A stretch of 64,000 nt of DNA, taken from the NCBI GenBank assembly GCA_963665665.1, contig OY762428.1, positions 5,376,001 through 5,440,000 on the forward strand, given 5' to 3'. This DNA is from Candidatus Kapaibacterium sp. Its GTDB lineage: Bacteria; Bacteroidota; Ignavibacteria; Kapaibacteriales; UBA2268. Below, piece after piece: positions 1 to 9,363 of this stretch. The notes below the pieces were generated by a model. It saw only the letters and a list, made by a program, of their open reading frames with translations. It did no database searches and was not told the origin of the DNA. The number at the start of each line of letters is the position of its first letter. The first letter of the stretch is position 1. Position numbers and translations under genes: made by a program.

Positions 1-1
1 G

Positions 2-637
2 CTGGATCATTATTATACTTCCGGATGCGAGAATTGTTTATGGAACTACAATGATTTATATACTTTTATTGTTGCAGATTTGCTACATTATTCCGGACAC
101 GAAATGCCACAGGATGACGGCAATTGTATAGAAGATTACCGAATAATCAGTGCCGGATGCTGGGAATTCGACCCAAATGACCTGTTGCACCTTATTCCCT
201 GCGATGAGGAAAAATGCTGTTACAGCCATTGGAGGATTTGTAATGTTGGTGGCGAGCTTGTTGACCAAAACATGGATGGCGACTACTACGTGGAATGCGA
301 GAATAATTGTATTGCATTTTGTGCTGAATTACCTTCAAAATTCCCAACTGATATATCTTCGGAAACTGATAACCGAAATGATATAGATGTTAATGTTTCT
401 CCAAATCCCGGATCGGATTATATAAGATTTAATATTAAGACTGCATATCAGGGGTATTTCAAATTAACAATTTATGATAATTCAGGTAATGCTGTTAAAT
501 CAAATTTGATAAATAAATCTGATAATAATTTTGAATACAAAATCAGTATGGATATTTTTGGTAACGGTGCGTATAATTATAAAATTGAAATTCCGGGATA
601 TTCCGTATTCAACGGAAAATTCATTATCAACAAGTAA
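2..637 (+). CDS. Cys-rich secreted protein with T9SS C-terminal sorting domain (5' truncated by window edge)
   Basis: The frame of ORF 80..637 is open back to position 2 (LDHYYTSGCENCLW...). The C-terminus has the T9SS type A pattern VSPNPGSD...LTIYDNSG...GNGAYNYKI...GKFIINK. Confidence 0.8.
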   Translation: MDHYYTSGCENCLWNYNDLYTFIVADLLHYSGHEMPQDDGNCIEDYRIISAGCWEFDPNDLLHLIPCDEEKCCYSHWRICNVGGELVDQNMDGDYYVECENNCIAFCAELPSKFPTDISSETDNRNDIDVNVSPNPGSDYIRFNIKTAYQGYFKLTIYDNSGNAVKSNLINKSDNNFEYKISMDIFGNGAYNYKIEIPGYSVFNGKFIINK

Positions 638-703
638 AGATATAAAAGGGCAATGTTTTTTTGCATTGCCCTTCAATTTTTCATTCACAAATCAATGATT
701 ATT

Positions 704-2119
704 ATGAAATATTTTCTACCGATACTAATTATTATAACTTTTAGTTTCGAGAGTATTAGGGCGGCAGAATGGAGAGTTGTAGATTCAATAATTTACAGCA
801 ACATACCCGGAGTTCCTGCTCTTTCCAATATGATGGAAGCTATTGACTGCTGCGACAGCCTGAATTGCGTGGTTGTTTCAAACATGACATGGAAATATCC
901 CTGGAACAGGAAAACCACCGACGGAGGTATGACTTGGAACACAACATTACGGGATACCTTGATAAACTATTGGGACAGCAGTGGAAATTATATAGGTACA
1001 TACACACCCGCAAAAGTTAACGAAGTTGATTATCCATCGGCTGATTTTTGTATAGCCATTTGCGACACTGGTTACTGCCACATAAGCAGGGATAGCTGTA
1101 AATCATGGGAAAGAATCCAATTAGATACTAAATCACACCTTAAAAATGTTAGTTTTGTTAATAGCCGGATAGGAGCCGTTTGCAGTTGGTCAAATTTATT
1201 TTTAACTATTGACGGAGGACTATCATGGAAAACCGCAGATTTTATTTTTCCTGATTCAATACCAAATGTCAGCTTTCAAGATATTAAGGTTTTAAATGAT
1301 AAGGATATATACTGCCTGATTTATTCTTCCGAGTTAAAACAATCCTTTTTTGCAAAATCCACGGATTTCGGTGAATCCTGGACATATCATTATTGCGGGG
1401 AATTAACGACAAGAAAAATATTTTTCCTTAATAAAAATGTAGGCTGGTTAGCAGGGGGGCCACAAACTGCCGAAGGATCTCCGGCGTACAGAAGTACTAT
1501 ATATCACACGGAGGATGGCGGAAAAAACTGGGAATTGCAACTGGATACCCTTGCTGAAAGTTCCAAGAAATTGGGACTAAGACAGATTTACTTTTCAGAT
1601 GAGAACAACGGTATAGCCATGTCAAGATTCTTTACAATTTACAGAACAACAAACGGCGGAAAGGAATGGTTTTTTGACGATTCTTTCGAGGACTATGATA
1701 CTTTTGATGATTTTTTCTGGGATATCGCATTCTTCGGGCCTGAAAAAATTTATGCCCTGCCGGAAAATAGTATTTATATTTACAAGTATGCCAATTATTT
1801 TCCGTCAGGAGCCGAAGACAGTATAAGGGAAATTATTCCATCCTGTGTAATTTCCGGTACTATTATTCATCCCAATCCGATTACTGCCGGTAAAACAGCA
1901 ACATATAGCTTCGAACTACTTCAAACAGGTACTATAAGTATGGAGCTTTACGATATCCGAGGACGGAGAATATTAAAGTGGCCCGTTAGAATCTTCACCG
2001 AAGGCTTTTACAGCATTGAATTGAATGATGTAAAAAGTTTGAATAGCGGTGAATACTTTCTTAAAGTATCTTTCAACGATATTCTGCAATCAACGGAAAA
2101 TATAATTGTAAGCAAGTAA
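704..2119 (+). CDS. BNR/Ycf48-like beta-propeller protein with T9SS sorting domain
   Basis: Signal peptide MKYFLPILIII; repeated Asp-box motifs (TTDGGMTW, TIDGGLSW, STDFGESW, TEDGGKNW, TTNGGKEW); C-terminal IHPNP...LYDIRG...LNSGEYFLKV. Start chosen at ATG 704. Confidence 0.85.
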   Translation: MKYFLPILIIITFSFESIRAAEWRVVDSIIYSNIPGVPALSNMMEAIDCCDSLNCVVVSNMTWKYPWNRKTTDGGMTWNTTLRDTLINYWDSSGNYIGTYTPAKVNEVDYPSADFCIAICDTGYCHISRDSCKSWERIQLDTKSHLKNVSFVNSRIGAVCSWSNLFLTIDGGLSWKTADFIFPDSIPNVSFQDIKVLNDKDIYCLIYSSELKQSFFAKSTDFGESWTYHYCGELTTRKIFFLNKNVGWLAGGPQTAEGSPAYRSTIYHTEDGGKNWELQLDTLAESSKKLGLRQIYFSDENNGIAMSRFFTIYRTTNGGKEWFFDDSFEDYDTFDDFFWDIAFFGPEKIYALPENSIYIYKYANYFPSGAEDSIREIIPSCVISGTIIHPNPITAGKTATYSFELLQTGTISMELYDIRGRRILKWPVRIFTEGFYSIELNDVKSLNSGEYFLKVSFNDILQSTENIIVSK

Positions 2120-2128
2120 TTTATTTAT

Positions 2129-2157
2129 CCTTCCTGAGTTGTCATAACTCAGGAAGG
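2129..2157 (+). terminator. Hairpin downstream of the T9SS cargo gene (probable terminator)
   Basis: ccttcctgagtt-gtcat-aactcaggaagg, a perfect 12-bp stem. Confidence 0.6.
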
Positions 2158-2174
2158 CTTTAATCTAATCAAAC

Positions 2175-2200
2175 AAAAAAGCCCCCCTTTCGGGAGGCTT
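2175..2200 (-). terminator. Rho-independent terminator of the hydrogenase operon
   Basis: aaaaaagccccccTTTCgggaggctt: GC stem with a U-run on the minus strand, 30 nt after the hydC stop. Confidence 0.7.
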
Positions 2201-2228
2201 CTAATTCAGGGTTTTCTTATATACTCGG

Positions 2229-2726
2229 TTATCTTCTAACCTGGGTTTTTAAGCCGTTCAATATTTCGGACACCTGGTTTGGCTGTACCTTACTGTAAAC
2301 TCTTTCGTTGATAGTTACAACGGGAGCCAGGGCGCAAACGCCAAGGCAGCGGGTTCCCTCGATAGAGAACATTCCGTCCTGAGTAGTTTCGCCAATTTCA
2401 ATACCAAGTTCAGTCTGGAAAGATTCAAGCACACTGTTGGCACCTTTCACGTAGCAGGCTGTGCCAAGGCAAACTGCAATATGAAATTTTCCCTTTGGTT
2501 TCAACTTGAAGAAATGGTAGAATGTTGCAATTCCAAAAACTGTTGAAGTAGGAATTTCAAGCAAATGAGCCACTTCGTCCATGTGTTTTTCTTTCAGGTA
2601 ACCGTAGCGTTCCTGTACTTTGTGCAAAACGCTGATAACATAGCTGCGCGAATGTTCTTTTTGCTTGCATTCGTTTATAAAATCAACTATATCCTGATCT
2701 ATTGTTATATTGTGATTCTCAATCAT
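2229..2726 (-). CDS. hydC: [FeFe]-hydrogenase NuoE-like [2Fe-2S] subunit (HydC/HndA)
   Basis: LHKVQERYGYL, ATFYHFF, VCLGTACYVKG...RCLGVCALAP thioredoxin-like [2Fe-2S] motif; 1-nt overlap with the hydA stop. Confidence 0.92.
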   Translation of the reverse strand: MIENHNITIDQDIVDFINECKQKEHSRSYVISVLHKVQERYGYLKEKHMDEVAHLLEIPTSTVFGIATFYHFFKLKPKGKFHIAVCLGTACYVKGANSVLESFQTELGIEIGETTQDGMFSIEGTRCLGVCALAPVVTINERVYSKVQPNQVSEILNGLKTQVRR

Positions 2727-4486
2727 TATTTTATCCCCCTCGGTAATCTTTCAACATATTTAGTATGAAGGAGTTCATGAGCTTTGTGCCCGCCTACTTC
2801 GCCGAGATATTCATCATAGAGTTTCTTGATGAATGGATTCTCGTGAGATTTACGAATTGTTTTTGATTCGTCGATACTATATAAGGCCGAAGCCCTTTTA
2901 CGTATATGCTCTTTATCAAGCGGATATATATATTCGTCCGCATGCATCAAGGGCTGTCCGCCACCTGCAACACATCCGCCCGGGCAGGCCATAATCTCTA
3001 TCAGGTGATATTGCTTATCGCTTTTTTTAGCTCTTTCAAGAATTGTCTTTGCATTATTAAGTCCGTTGGCAACAGCCACGTTCAGTGTTTTTCCGGCAAT
3101 CTCGATTGATGCTTCGCGAAGGCCTTCCACAGCCCTTACGTTTGTGAAGTTCAGGTTATGCAGTGTTTTGCCTGTCAATTTCTCGTGTGCAGTACGAAGT
3201 GCTGCTTCCATAACTCCGCCGGTTGTACCGAAAATATCCGCAGCACCCGTTGAAAAACCGAGAGGCAGGTCAAATGTATCATTCGGCAGGTTCTTGAAAT
3301 CAATACCATAAGCCTTGATCATCCAGATCAGTTCGCGTGTTGTAAGCACAGCATCTGTATAAGGATAACCGGCCTCAGCTTTATGTTCGGGCCTTGCAGC
3401 TTCAAATTTCTTTGCTGTGCAGGGCATAATTGCAACGGAAAATATTTTTGAAGGATTTATACCCTGTGTTTCCGCAAAATATGTTTTCAGAAGTACCGAA
3501 AGCATCTGCATAGGTGAACGGCAGGTGGAAGCATTATCCAACATATCAGGATAGAAATGCTCCATGAACTTAATCCAGCCCGGAGAGCATGAAGTAATCA
3601 TCGGTAAATTTTCGCCGCTCTCAAGCCTTTGTATCAGCTCGTTAGATTCTTCAAGAATTGTCAGGTCAGCGCCAAAGTTAGTATCGAATACGGAGTCAAA
3701 TCCCAACCTGCGGAGAGCGGTAACAGTTTTGCCTGTGCATGGAGTTCCAACCGGAAGGTCGAATCCTTCTCCGATAGCAGCCCTGATTGCCGGGGCAGTC
3801 TGCACAACCACGTGCATTTCAGGGTCATTGATAGCGTCCCAAACCTGTTCGGTGTAATTTTTTTCTGCGAAGGCAGCAGTAGGACAAACATTTATGCACT
3901 GTCCGCATGCCACGCAAACTGATTCCCTCATTGGAGCAAGGAATGCCGGCGAAACATAAGTATTCACACCGCGGTAAGTCTGGCTCAGGTTATGAACCCC
4001 CTGAATCTCTGAGCAAACCCTAACGCAACGTCCGCAAAGGATACATTTCTCGGGATCTCTGGATACTGCCACGTTATCGGCTTCAACAGGATAATGTTTT
4101 CTTTCGCCTTCGAACAATCTTTCCCTGACGCCGAGTTTATAAGCTAAGTTCTGAAGTTCGCAATTACCGTCGCGTTCGCAAGTCTGGCATTCCTTGGGGT
4201 GGTTGTCGAGAAGAAGCTCTACAAGATCCCTGCGAACCTGCCTGAGTTCAGGTGAATTTGTTTTTACTTTCATACCTTCTTTTACCGGCGAAGCGCATGA
4301 AGGAATAAAATTCCTCATTCCTTCCACTTCAACTATACAAATCCTGCATGCGCCTTCGGTAGAGAGCGAAGGATGGTAGCAAAGCCTGGGAACATGTACC
4401 CCTACCCCGTCGGCAGCCTGCATAATAGTAGTGCCTTCAGGAACGGTTACGGGTATGTTATCTATTGTAAGATTTATATTTTTCAT
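2726..4486 (-). CDS. hydA: Group A [FeFe]-hydrogenase catalytic subunit (HydA/HndD)
   Basis: H-cluster motifs TSCSPGW, MPCTAKKFE and EIMACPGGCVAGGGQP; N-terminal [2Fe-2S]; HPKECQTC His-ligated cluster; 2x[4Fe-4S] (CILCGRCVRVC, CVACGQCINVCP). Confidence 0.97.
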   Translation of the reverse strand: MKNINLTIDNIPVTVPEGTTIMQAADGVGVHVPRLCYHPSLSTEGACRICIVEVEGMRNFIPSCASPVKEGMKVKTNSPELRQVRRDLVELLLDNHPKECQTCERDGNCELQNLAYKLGVRERLFEGERKHYPVEADNVAVSRDPEKCILCGRCVRVCSEIQGVHNLSQTYRGVNTYVSPAFLAPMRESVCVACGQCINVCPTAAFAEKNYTEQVWDAINDPEMHVVVQTAPAIRAAIGEGFDLPVGTPCTGKTVTALRRLGFDSVFDTNFGADLTILEESNELIQRLESGENLPMITSCSPGWIKFMEHFYPDMLDNASTCRSPMQMLSVLLKTYFAETQGINPSKIFSVAIMPCTAKKFEAARPEHKAEAGYPYTDAVLTTRELIWMIKAYGIDFKNLPNDTFDLPLGFSTGAADIFGTTGGVMEAALRTAHEKLTGKTLHNLNFTNVRAVEGLREASIEIAGKTLNVAVANGLNNAKTILERAKKSDKQYHLIEIMACPGGCVAGGGQPLMHADEYIYPLDKEHIRKRASALYSIDESKTIRKSHENPFIKKLYDEYLGEVGGHKAHELLHTKYVERLPRGIK

Positions 4487-4530
4487 GTTTAACTATCCTT
4501 TTTTTCCATTTATTTTCAATAAATATTCTA

Positions 4531-6705
4531 TTATATTTTAATAATAGCATCGAATTTACATGAATTGTAACATTCGCCACATTTTATGCAGAGATCCTGC
4601 ATAATGTCATGCGGTTTTTTCCTGAAGCCTCTTATACATGATACAGGACAGCGTCTTGCACATACCTGGCAGCCTGTACATTTTTCTTCATCAATAGTAT
4701 ATGTAATAAGTTTAGGACATTTCTGCGTCGGGCAGCGTTTTTCCTTAATATGTATTTCAAATTCCTCACGGAAATTTGCAAGGGCGTTAAGAACCGGGTT
4801 CGGGGCTGTTTGGCCAAGGCCGCAAAGTGATGATTTTTTAATCAGGTGGCCAAGCCTTTCAAGTTTGTCAAGGTCTTCCATCTCGCCTTTGCCGTCAGTA
4901 ATCCTGTTAAGAATTTCAAGCATTCTGAAAGTTCCCTCGCGACACGGAAGGCATTTGCCGCATGATTCGTCCACACAGAATTCCATGAAATATTTAGCCG
5001 TCTGAACCATACAATCAGTTTCATCAAGAACAATCATACCACCGGAACCCATAATTGAATTGATCTCTGCCAAAGATTTATAATCTACCGGAGTATCAAT
5101 TTTATCGTAAGGAATACAACCGCCTGAGGGCCCGCCTGTCTGAACTGCTTTCAGTTTGTGTCCGTCAGGAATTCCCCCGCCAATATCAAAGATTATTTCG
5201 CGTAGCGTAGTACCCATAGGCACTTCAACGAGTCCTGTATTTTCAACTTTTCCTGCAAGTGCAAATACTTTAGTACCCTTGCTATCCTCGGTACCAATAC
5301 TGGAATACCATTTTGCACCATAAAGAATGATATGAGGTACATTTGCCCATGTTTCAACGTTATTTATACAAGTCGGGTGGCCCCAGAGTCCTTTTTCGGA
5401 CGGGTAAGGAGGCCTCATTCTTGGTTGTCCCCTGCGCCCTTCAATTGAATGTATCAGTGCTGTTTCTTCACCGCATACAAAGGCTCCGGCACCAAGCCTG
5501 ATCTCAAGATCGAAACTATAATCTGAACCAAGGATATTATCACCGAGCAGGTTTCTGTTTCTTGCTTTTTCGATTGCTAATTCAAGGCGTTTTATTGCAA
5601 GCGGATATTCCGCCCTTACATAAAGAAAACCTTTCTGTGCACCAATGGCATAACCAGCTATCGTCATACCTTCAATTATCGAGAAAGGGTCACCTTCGAG
5701 TGCAGACCTGTCCATAAAAGCACCGGGATCTCCTTCATCAGCATTGCATATAATATAGCGAATAGGATCGTCCTGATTCAATACTTTAGTATTTTTCCAT
5801 TTTATACCTGTCGGGAATCCGCCACCACCGCGGCCTCTGAGTCCTGATTCAAGAATCTCATCGATTACCCAGTCGGGATCACCTTTTTGAAGAACTTTTG
5901 CCAAAGCTGCATATCCCTGCTGATGAATATAATCCTGAAGGCTTTCGGGATCGATAATACCACAATTGGAAAGTGTTATCCTTGTTTGTTTGCTATAGAA
6001 AGAGACATCGCCGTAAAGTTTAATATAATCCTCTGTTATCTGGTCGGCGTGAATCAAAAATTTATCAATAGTCTTTCCGTCAACAAAATGAGTTTTCAGT
6101 ATTTCTTCCATCTCTTCAATGGTCGAGAATTTATATATCTTATTATCAGGGTAAACCATCATCACTGCATGGCCGCCCTTCTCGCAAAGGCCAATACAAC
6201 CGCCATGCATAACCTTTATAAGGTCTTTGGGAAGATTCAATTCAGTAATTTTTTTCTCGAAAATTTCAGCCCATGATACATCATGCCCCTGAGCATTATG
6301 CGCCGAACAAATACTAACCACATTTTTATACAGAATATCTGTCTTTTTGTCGAGCATAAATTCAGCTATAGGATTGCCATTGATCACATGCTCATGAAAT
6401 ATCTGTGGTACTTCTTCAACAGCTACTTTACCGTACTTTGCCGGAATTTTGTTGGGTACAAACACGCCGACGATCGGCTCCTTGGCACAGCGGCCTGTAC
6501 AGCCGGTCTGCTTGATAATTATATCATCACGGCCTGAAGCCTTGATCAGTTTTTCGAACTCTGCCCTGACATCATCAGCACCAGCTGCTTTCTCGCATGT
6601 AGCGGAACCAACCTGGATGATTGTCTTTCCCTGGCTTTCGGCATCGATCGACTGGGGATCCAGCTCATCTTTCAGGGTTTGGTAGTTTTGAAGTATTTTT
6701 TCCAT
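4531..6705 (-). CDS. hydB: NuoF-like NADH/FMN diaphorase subunit (HydB/HndC) with extra N-terminal thioredoxin-like ferredoxin domains
   Basis: GLRGRGGGGFPTG, NADEGDPGAFMDR, GAGAFVCGEETAL, GGPSGG, ESCGKCLPCREG, and C-terminal 2x[4Fe-4S] motifs. Confidence 0.95.
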   Translation of the reverse strand: MEKILQNYQTLKDELDPQSIDAESQGKTIIQVGSATCEKAAGADDVRAEFEKLIKASGRDDIIIKQTGCTGRCAKEPIVGVFVPNKIPAKYGKVAVEEVPQIFHEHVINGNPIAEFMLDKKTDILYKNVVSICSAHNAQGHDVSWAEIFEKKITELNLPKDLIKVMHGGCIGLCEKGGHAVMMVYPDNKIYKFSTIEEMEEILKTHFVDGKTIDKFLIHADQITEDYIKLYGDVSFYSKQTRITLSNCGIIDPESLQDYIHQQGYAALAKVLQKGDPDWVIDEILESGLRGRGGGGFPTGIKWKNTKVLNQDDPIRYIICNADEGDPGAFMDRSALEGDPFSIIEGMTIAGYAIGAQKGFLYVRAEYPLAIKRLELAIEKARNRNLLGDNILGSDYSFDLEIRLGAGAFVCGEETALIHSIEGRRGQPRMRPPYPSEKGLWGHPTCINNVETWANVPHIILYGAKWYSSIGTEDSKGTKVFALAGKVENTGLVEVPMGTTLREIIFDIGGGIPDGHKLKAVQTGGPSGGCIPYDKIDTPVDYKSLAEINSIMGSGGMIVLDETDCMVQTAKYFMEFCVDESCGKCLPCREGTFRMLEILNRITDGKGEMEDLDKLERLGHLIKKSSLCGLGQTAPNPVLNALANFREEFEIHIKEKRCPTQKCPKLITYTIDEEKCTGCQVCARRCPVSCIRGFRKKPHDIMQDLCIKCGECYNSCKFDAIIKI

Positions 6706-7275
6706 ATTCGAATACCTTCACAATATTACATTATTAAAAAAATTGTTTCCGAAACTTTTAGTCAATATTCCTGACTCTTCAACTCGCCCGCTTATGTAAA
6801 ATTTATATGCCATAAATTTTGACTACCGATAGAGTCAGAGCCAGTCAGGGTTTTATTATTTTTAGCCCTGATTAAATATTCTCAGTTGCGAAAATATTAT
6901 TTTCAATATCGAAAAAGCCGTAAACTGTCGGGAGTATTTCCAGGCCTATTGGTCGGTTAAAACAAACTGTTTATCATCAGGCGTGAAGATAAGAAAAAAG
7001 ATAAAAGAAGAAAAATTTAATTAAGTATATGGAAAATTATAGTATTTTACCCTTTGCAGGTTGGTTTATTATTTCAATTATTACCGTTATGAAAAACAAA
7101 ATAAACTTTGGAAACAAATTCAGCAAAAGTTACCGGCTATAGCCAGAGGATTTTCATCCTAATTTTATTTGTGACAACTCTCATTTCTCTCCGTTTTGGA
7201 AATTTGAGTATCACGAATAACAATCCTGATGGCTGAATAAAAATAGTACTGAAATATTTACTATTCATGAGCAAT

Positions 7276-7328
7276 AATATCCCCTGCCTTAAGCAAATCT
7301 CCCTGCTACAACCATTGCAGGGGATATT
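7276..7328 (-). terminator. Inverted repeat after the HAD gene (probable terminator)
   Basis: aatatcccctgc ... gcaggggatatt: 12-bp stem with a 29-nt loop, just past the HAD stop. Confidence 0.45.
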
Positions 7329-7339
7329 TTATTCGGGGT

Positions 7340-8026
7340 TTAATCCAGGTATGATATGAATTCTTCAAAATTGTTATAATCATTAACAACCCTGCTGGCA
7401 CCAAGCGATCTAAGCTTTCCGTTTCCCTCGTGGTCCACACCTACAAAATCTATTCCAAGCATATTGGATGAAAGAAAATCCCATTCTCCGTCGCCAACAT
7501 ATATTATCTTCTCAAAGCACTCAAGCCCATAGCGGCTTTTTGCTTTATTAATCAAATCACTGATAATATCTTTTCTTTGCCCGTGTATATCAGATGAACC
7601 AAGAAGAACAGGATTGTGATGAACACCAGCAGCCCTGAGTTTTACTTTAGCTGAATCCGACCAGCTTCCGGTGGCTATACCTACAAGGTTGTTTTCATTG
7701 TTCATCAGATTCCGGAGAATTTCAGACGCTCCGGGTACCTGTGCAAACTCATTAGGCTGCCTGCGATGAGCATTAGCAAGCCTTGTAACAAAATCTTTCC
7801 TGAAATATTCTCTTTCTTTTTTGGTCGGGAACCTTCCAAATTTATCATGAACGATTTCATCAAGGATAGCACTGTCTGTTCCGCTTGTTTTCGCTTTTAC
7901 AGCCTCCCAGTCAATTAATTTCGGATCAATGTCAAATACTTCCATCATGCTTTCCCCGAAACATAGATCGTCAATAGCTACTGTTTTCGTCAGAGTCCCG
8001 TCAATATCAAAAATTACGAACTTCAT
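7340..8026 (-). CDS. HAD-superfamily hydrolase
   Basis: Motif I FDIDGTL, motif II ATG, motif IV YVGDGEWD. Confidence 0.9.
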   Translation of the reverse strand: MKFVIFDIDGTLTKTVAIDDLCFGESMMEVFDIDPKLIDWEAVKAKTSGTDSAILDEIVHDKFGRFPTKKEREYFRKDFVTRLANAHRRQPNEFAQVPGASEILRNLMNNENNLVGIATGSWSDSAKVKLRAAGVHHNPVLLGSSDIHGQRKDIISDLINKAKSRYGLECFEKIIYVGDGEWDFLSSNMLGIDFVGVDHEGNGKLRSLGASRVVNDYNNFEEFISYLD

Positions 8027-8326
8027 TTTTTCAAACCCCCTTTATTAAGATGACAATATTTGGAATCGAAAATCATTACAGATTCAAAAATAAGCGCCTA
8101 TTGTAAACTTATATTAAAGGTTTAGTGAATAAAGTATAAATAATTGATATTTTTTCCACACGGGGATATCAACTAAAGCAACGGATCATTTAGTGGTAGT
8201 TTTTAAAAAAGCTGAAAAACAAACACAGATCAGATAATGCTAAGAGGTTACATATCATACTGTTATTTGAGATTACATCAGGGGTATAGATTATACATTT
8301 TTTGGTGCTTGTAATCTGAGTTACAG

Positions 8327-8352
8327 AAAAAAAAGCCCCGGAATTCGGGGCT
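8327..8352 (-). terminator. Rho-independent terminator after the ytfJ-like gene
   Basis: aaaaaaaagccccg-gaatt-cggggct. Confidence 0.75.
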
Positions 8353-8377
8353 ACACGGTTTGATAAAAAGAGAAAAT

Positions 8378-8755
8378 CTATTCGTTTGGGTTGTCGTTTT
8401 CTTTGTCTTTGTTTTTCATGTCCATCATTTTTTCAACCATTCCCGGCATCTTTTCGAAAAGACTGGCAAAGCTGTTTCCTTTGCCAACGTTCATGATTGA
8501 TATCTGATCATCCTTTGTTACCAGGAAAGCAATTGGTTCGCATGAAAGGCCGCCACCTGCACCGCCTGATGCCCCTTTGCCGCGTTTAGGCGAATCTCCG
8601 CTTGCACCGCCATGGCCAAAACCAAAAGATACTTTAATAATCGGTACACAGGAGTAATCTCCAAGTTGGAACTGCTGGCCGATAACGGTTTCAGTAGTTG
8701 CAATTTTTTTCATTTCTTCAAGCATTTTTTTTGCGGTTTCTTCAAAGTTTGTCAT
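8378..8755 (-). CDS. GerW/YtfJ family protein
   Basis: TETVIGQ...VPIIKVSFGFGHGG...GGAGGGLSCEPIAFLV, characteristic of YtfJ. Confidence 0.85.
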   Translation of the reverse strand: MTNFEETAKKMLEEMKKIATTETVIGQQFQLGDYSCVPIIKVSFGFGHGGASGDSPKRGKGASGGAGGGLSCEPIAFLVTKDDQISIMNVGKGNSFASLFEKMPGMVEKMMDMKNKDKENDNPNE

Positions 8756-8774
8756 TTTATTCTCCGTTACAAAA

Positions 8775-9353
8775 TTATTTTAAATATTTTCTTACCCTGA
8801 AATATGATCCTGCAATAACAGGAATTAACGATCCAATTCTGAAATAAAAACTTGTTGAAATAAATCTACGGCCAGTGAAATTTATACAAATATTAATCTT
8901 TTCTGTTGATAGATACGAAAAAAGAGGAATTAAGTTTCCGTTTACAAAGAAATTATTTGTATCAAAATCAATATCCATATATTTAATCCTGAACTTACCA
9001 GTCAGCCTTTTTATTGCTTTCAGCAACAATTCAAGGATATCCCTGATATTATATGCATTTATACGGCCACTACCTTTTGAGAATTTATTTTTTTCTTTCT
9101 TCATTTCTGCTAACTTATTGGGTGATCTTCTTTTTTTATTTATATCAGCTAAATTAATATCTTTTCGAAAAAATAAAAACTTAAATCGTACTGAACCCAA
9201 TTCATTATCGGGATAAAAATCCAAATTTATTATCCCCCCGGCTTTGATAAGATATTTATCTTCATCACTGTCAATTAAAAAAACAATTCGCATAAACAGT
9301 AAAAATGCCAGAATTAACAAGATAACCAGGAATATAATAAAAATAATCAGCAT
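8775..9353 (-). CDS. Membrane-anchored protein, DUF2953/YtfI-like
   Basis: N-terminal TM helix and basic body; directly upstream of the ytfJ-like gene, as in the ytfI-ytfJ arrangement. Confidence 0.55.
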   Translation of the reverse strand: MLIIFIIFLVILLILAFLLFMRIVFLIDSDEDKYLIKAGGIINLDFYPDNELGSVRFKFLFFRKDINLADINKKRRSPNKLAEMKKEKNKFSKGSGRINAYNIRDILELLLKAIKRLTGKFRIKYMDIDFDTNNFFVNGNLIPLFSYLSTEKINICINFTGRRFISTSFYFRIGSLIPVIAGSYFRVRKYLK

Positions 9354-9363
9354 TGTATTTCAT

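Noticed and set aside
704-2119. Photosystem II assembly factor Ycf48
   Set aside because: It shares only generic Asp-box propeller repeats, carries a T9SS sorting domain and has no photosynthesis context.
2229-6705. Respiratory complex I nuoEFG
   Set aside because: The large subunit has complete H-cluster motifs, and no membrane nuo genes are adjacent.
6795-6815. Sigma-54 promoter upstream of the hydrogenase (TGGCA on the minus strand)
   Set aside because: The -12 TGC element is missing at the required spacing.
8269-8316. Imperfect long hairpin (agattaca...tgtaatct) as an sRNA or REP element
   Set aside because: Single copy, relies on many G-U pairs, and has no other support.
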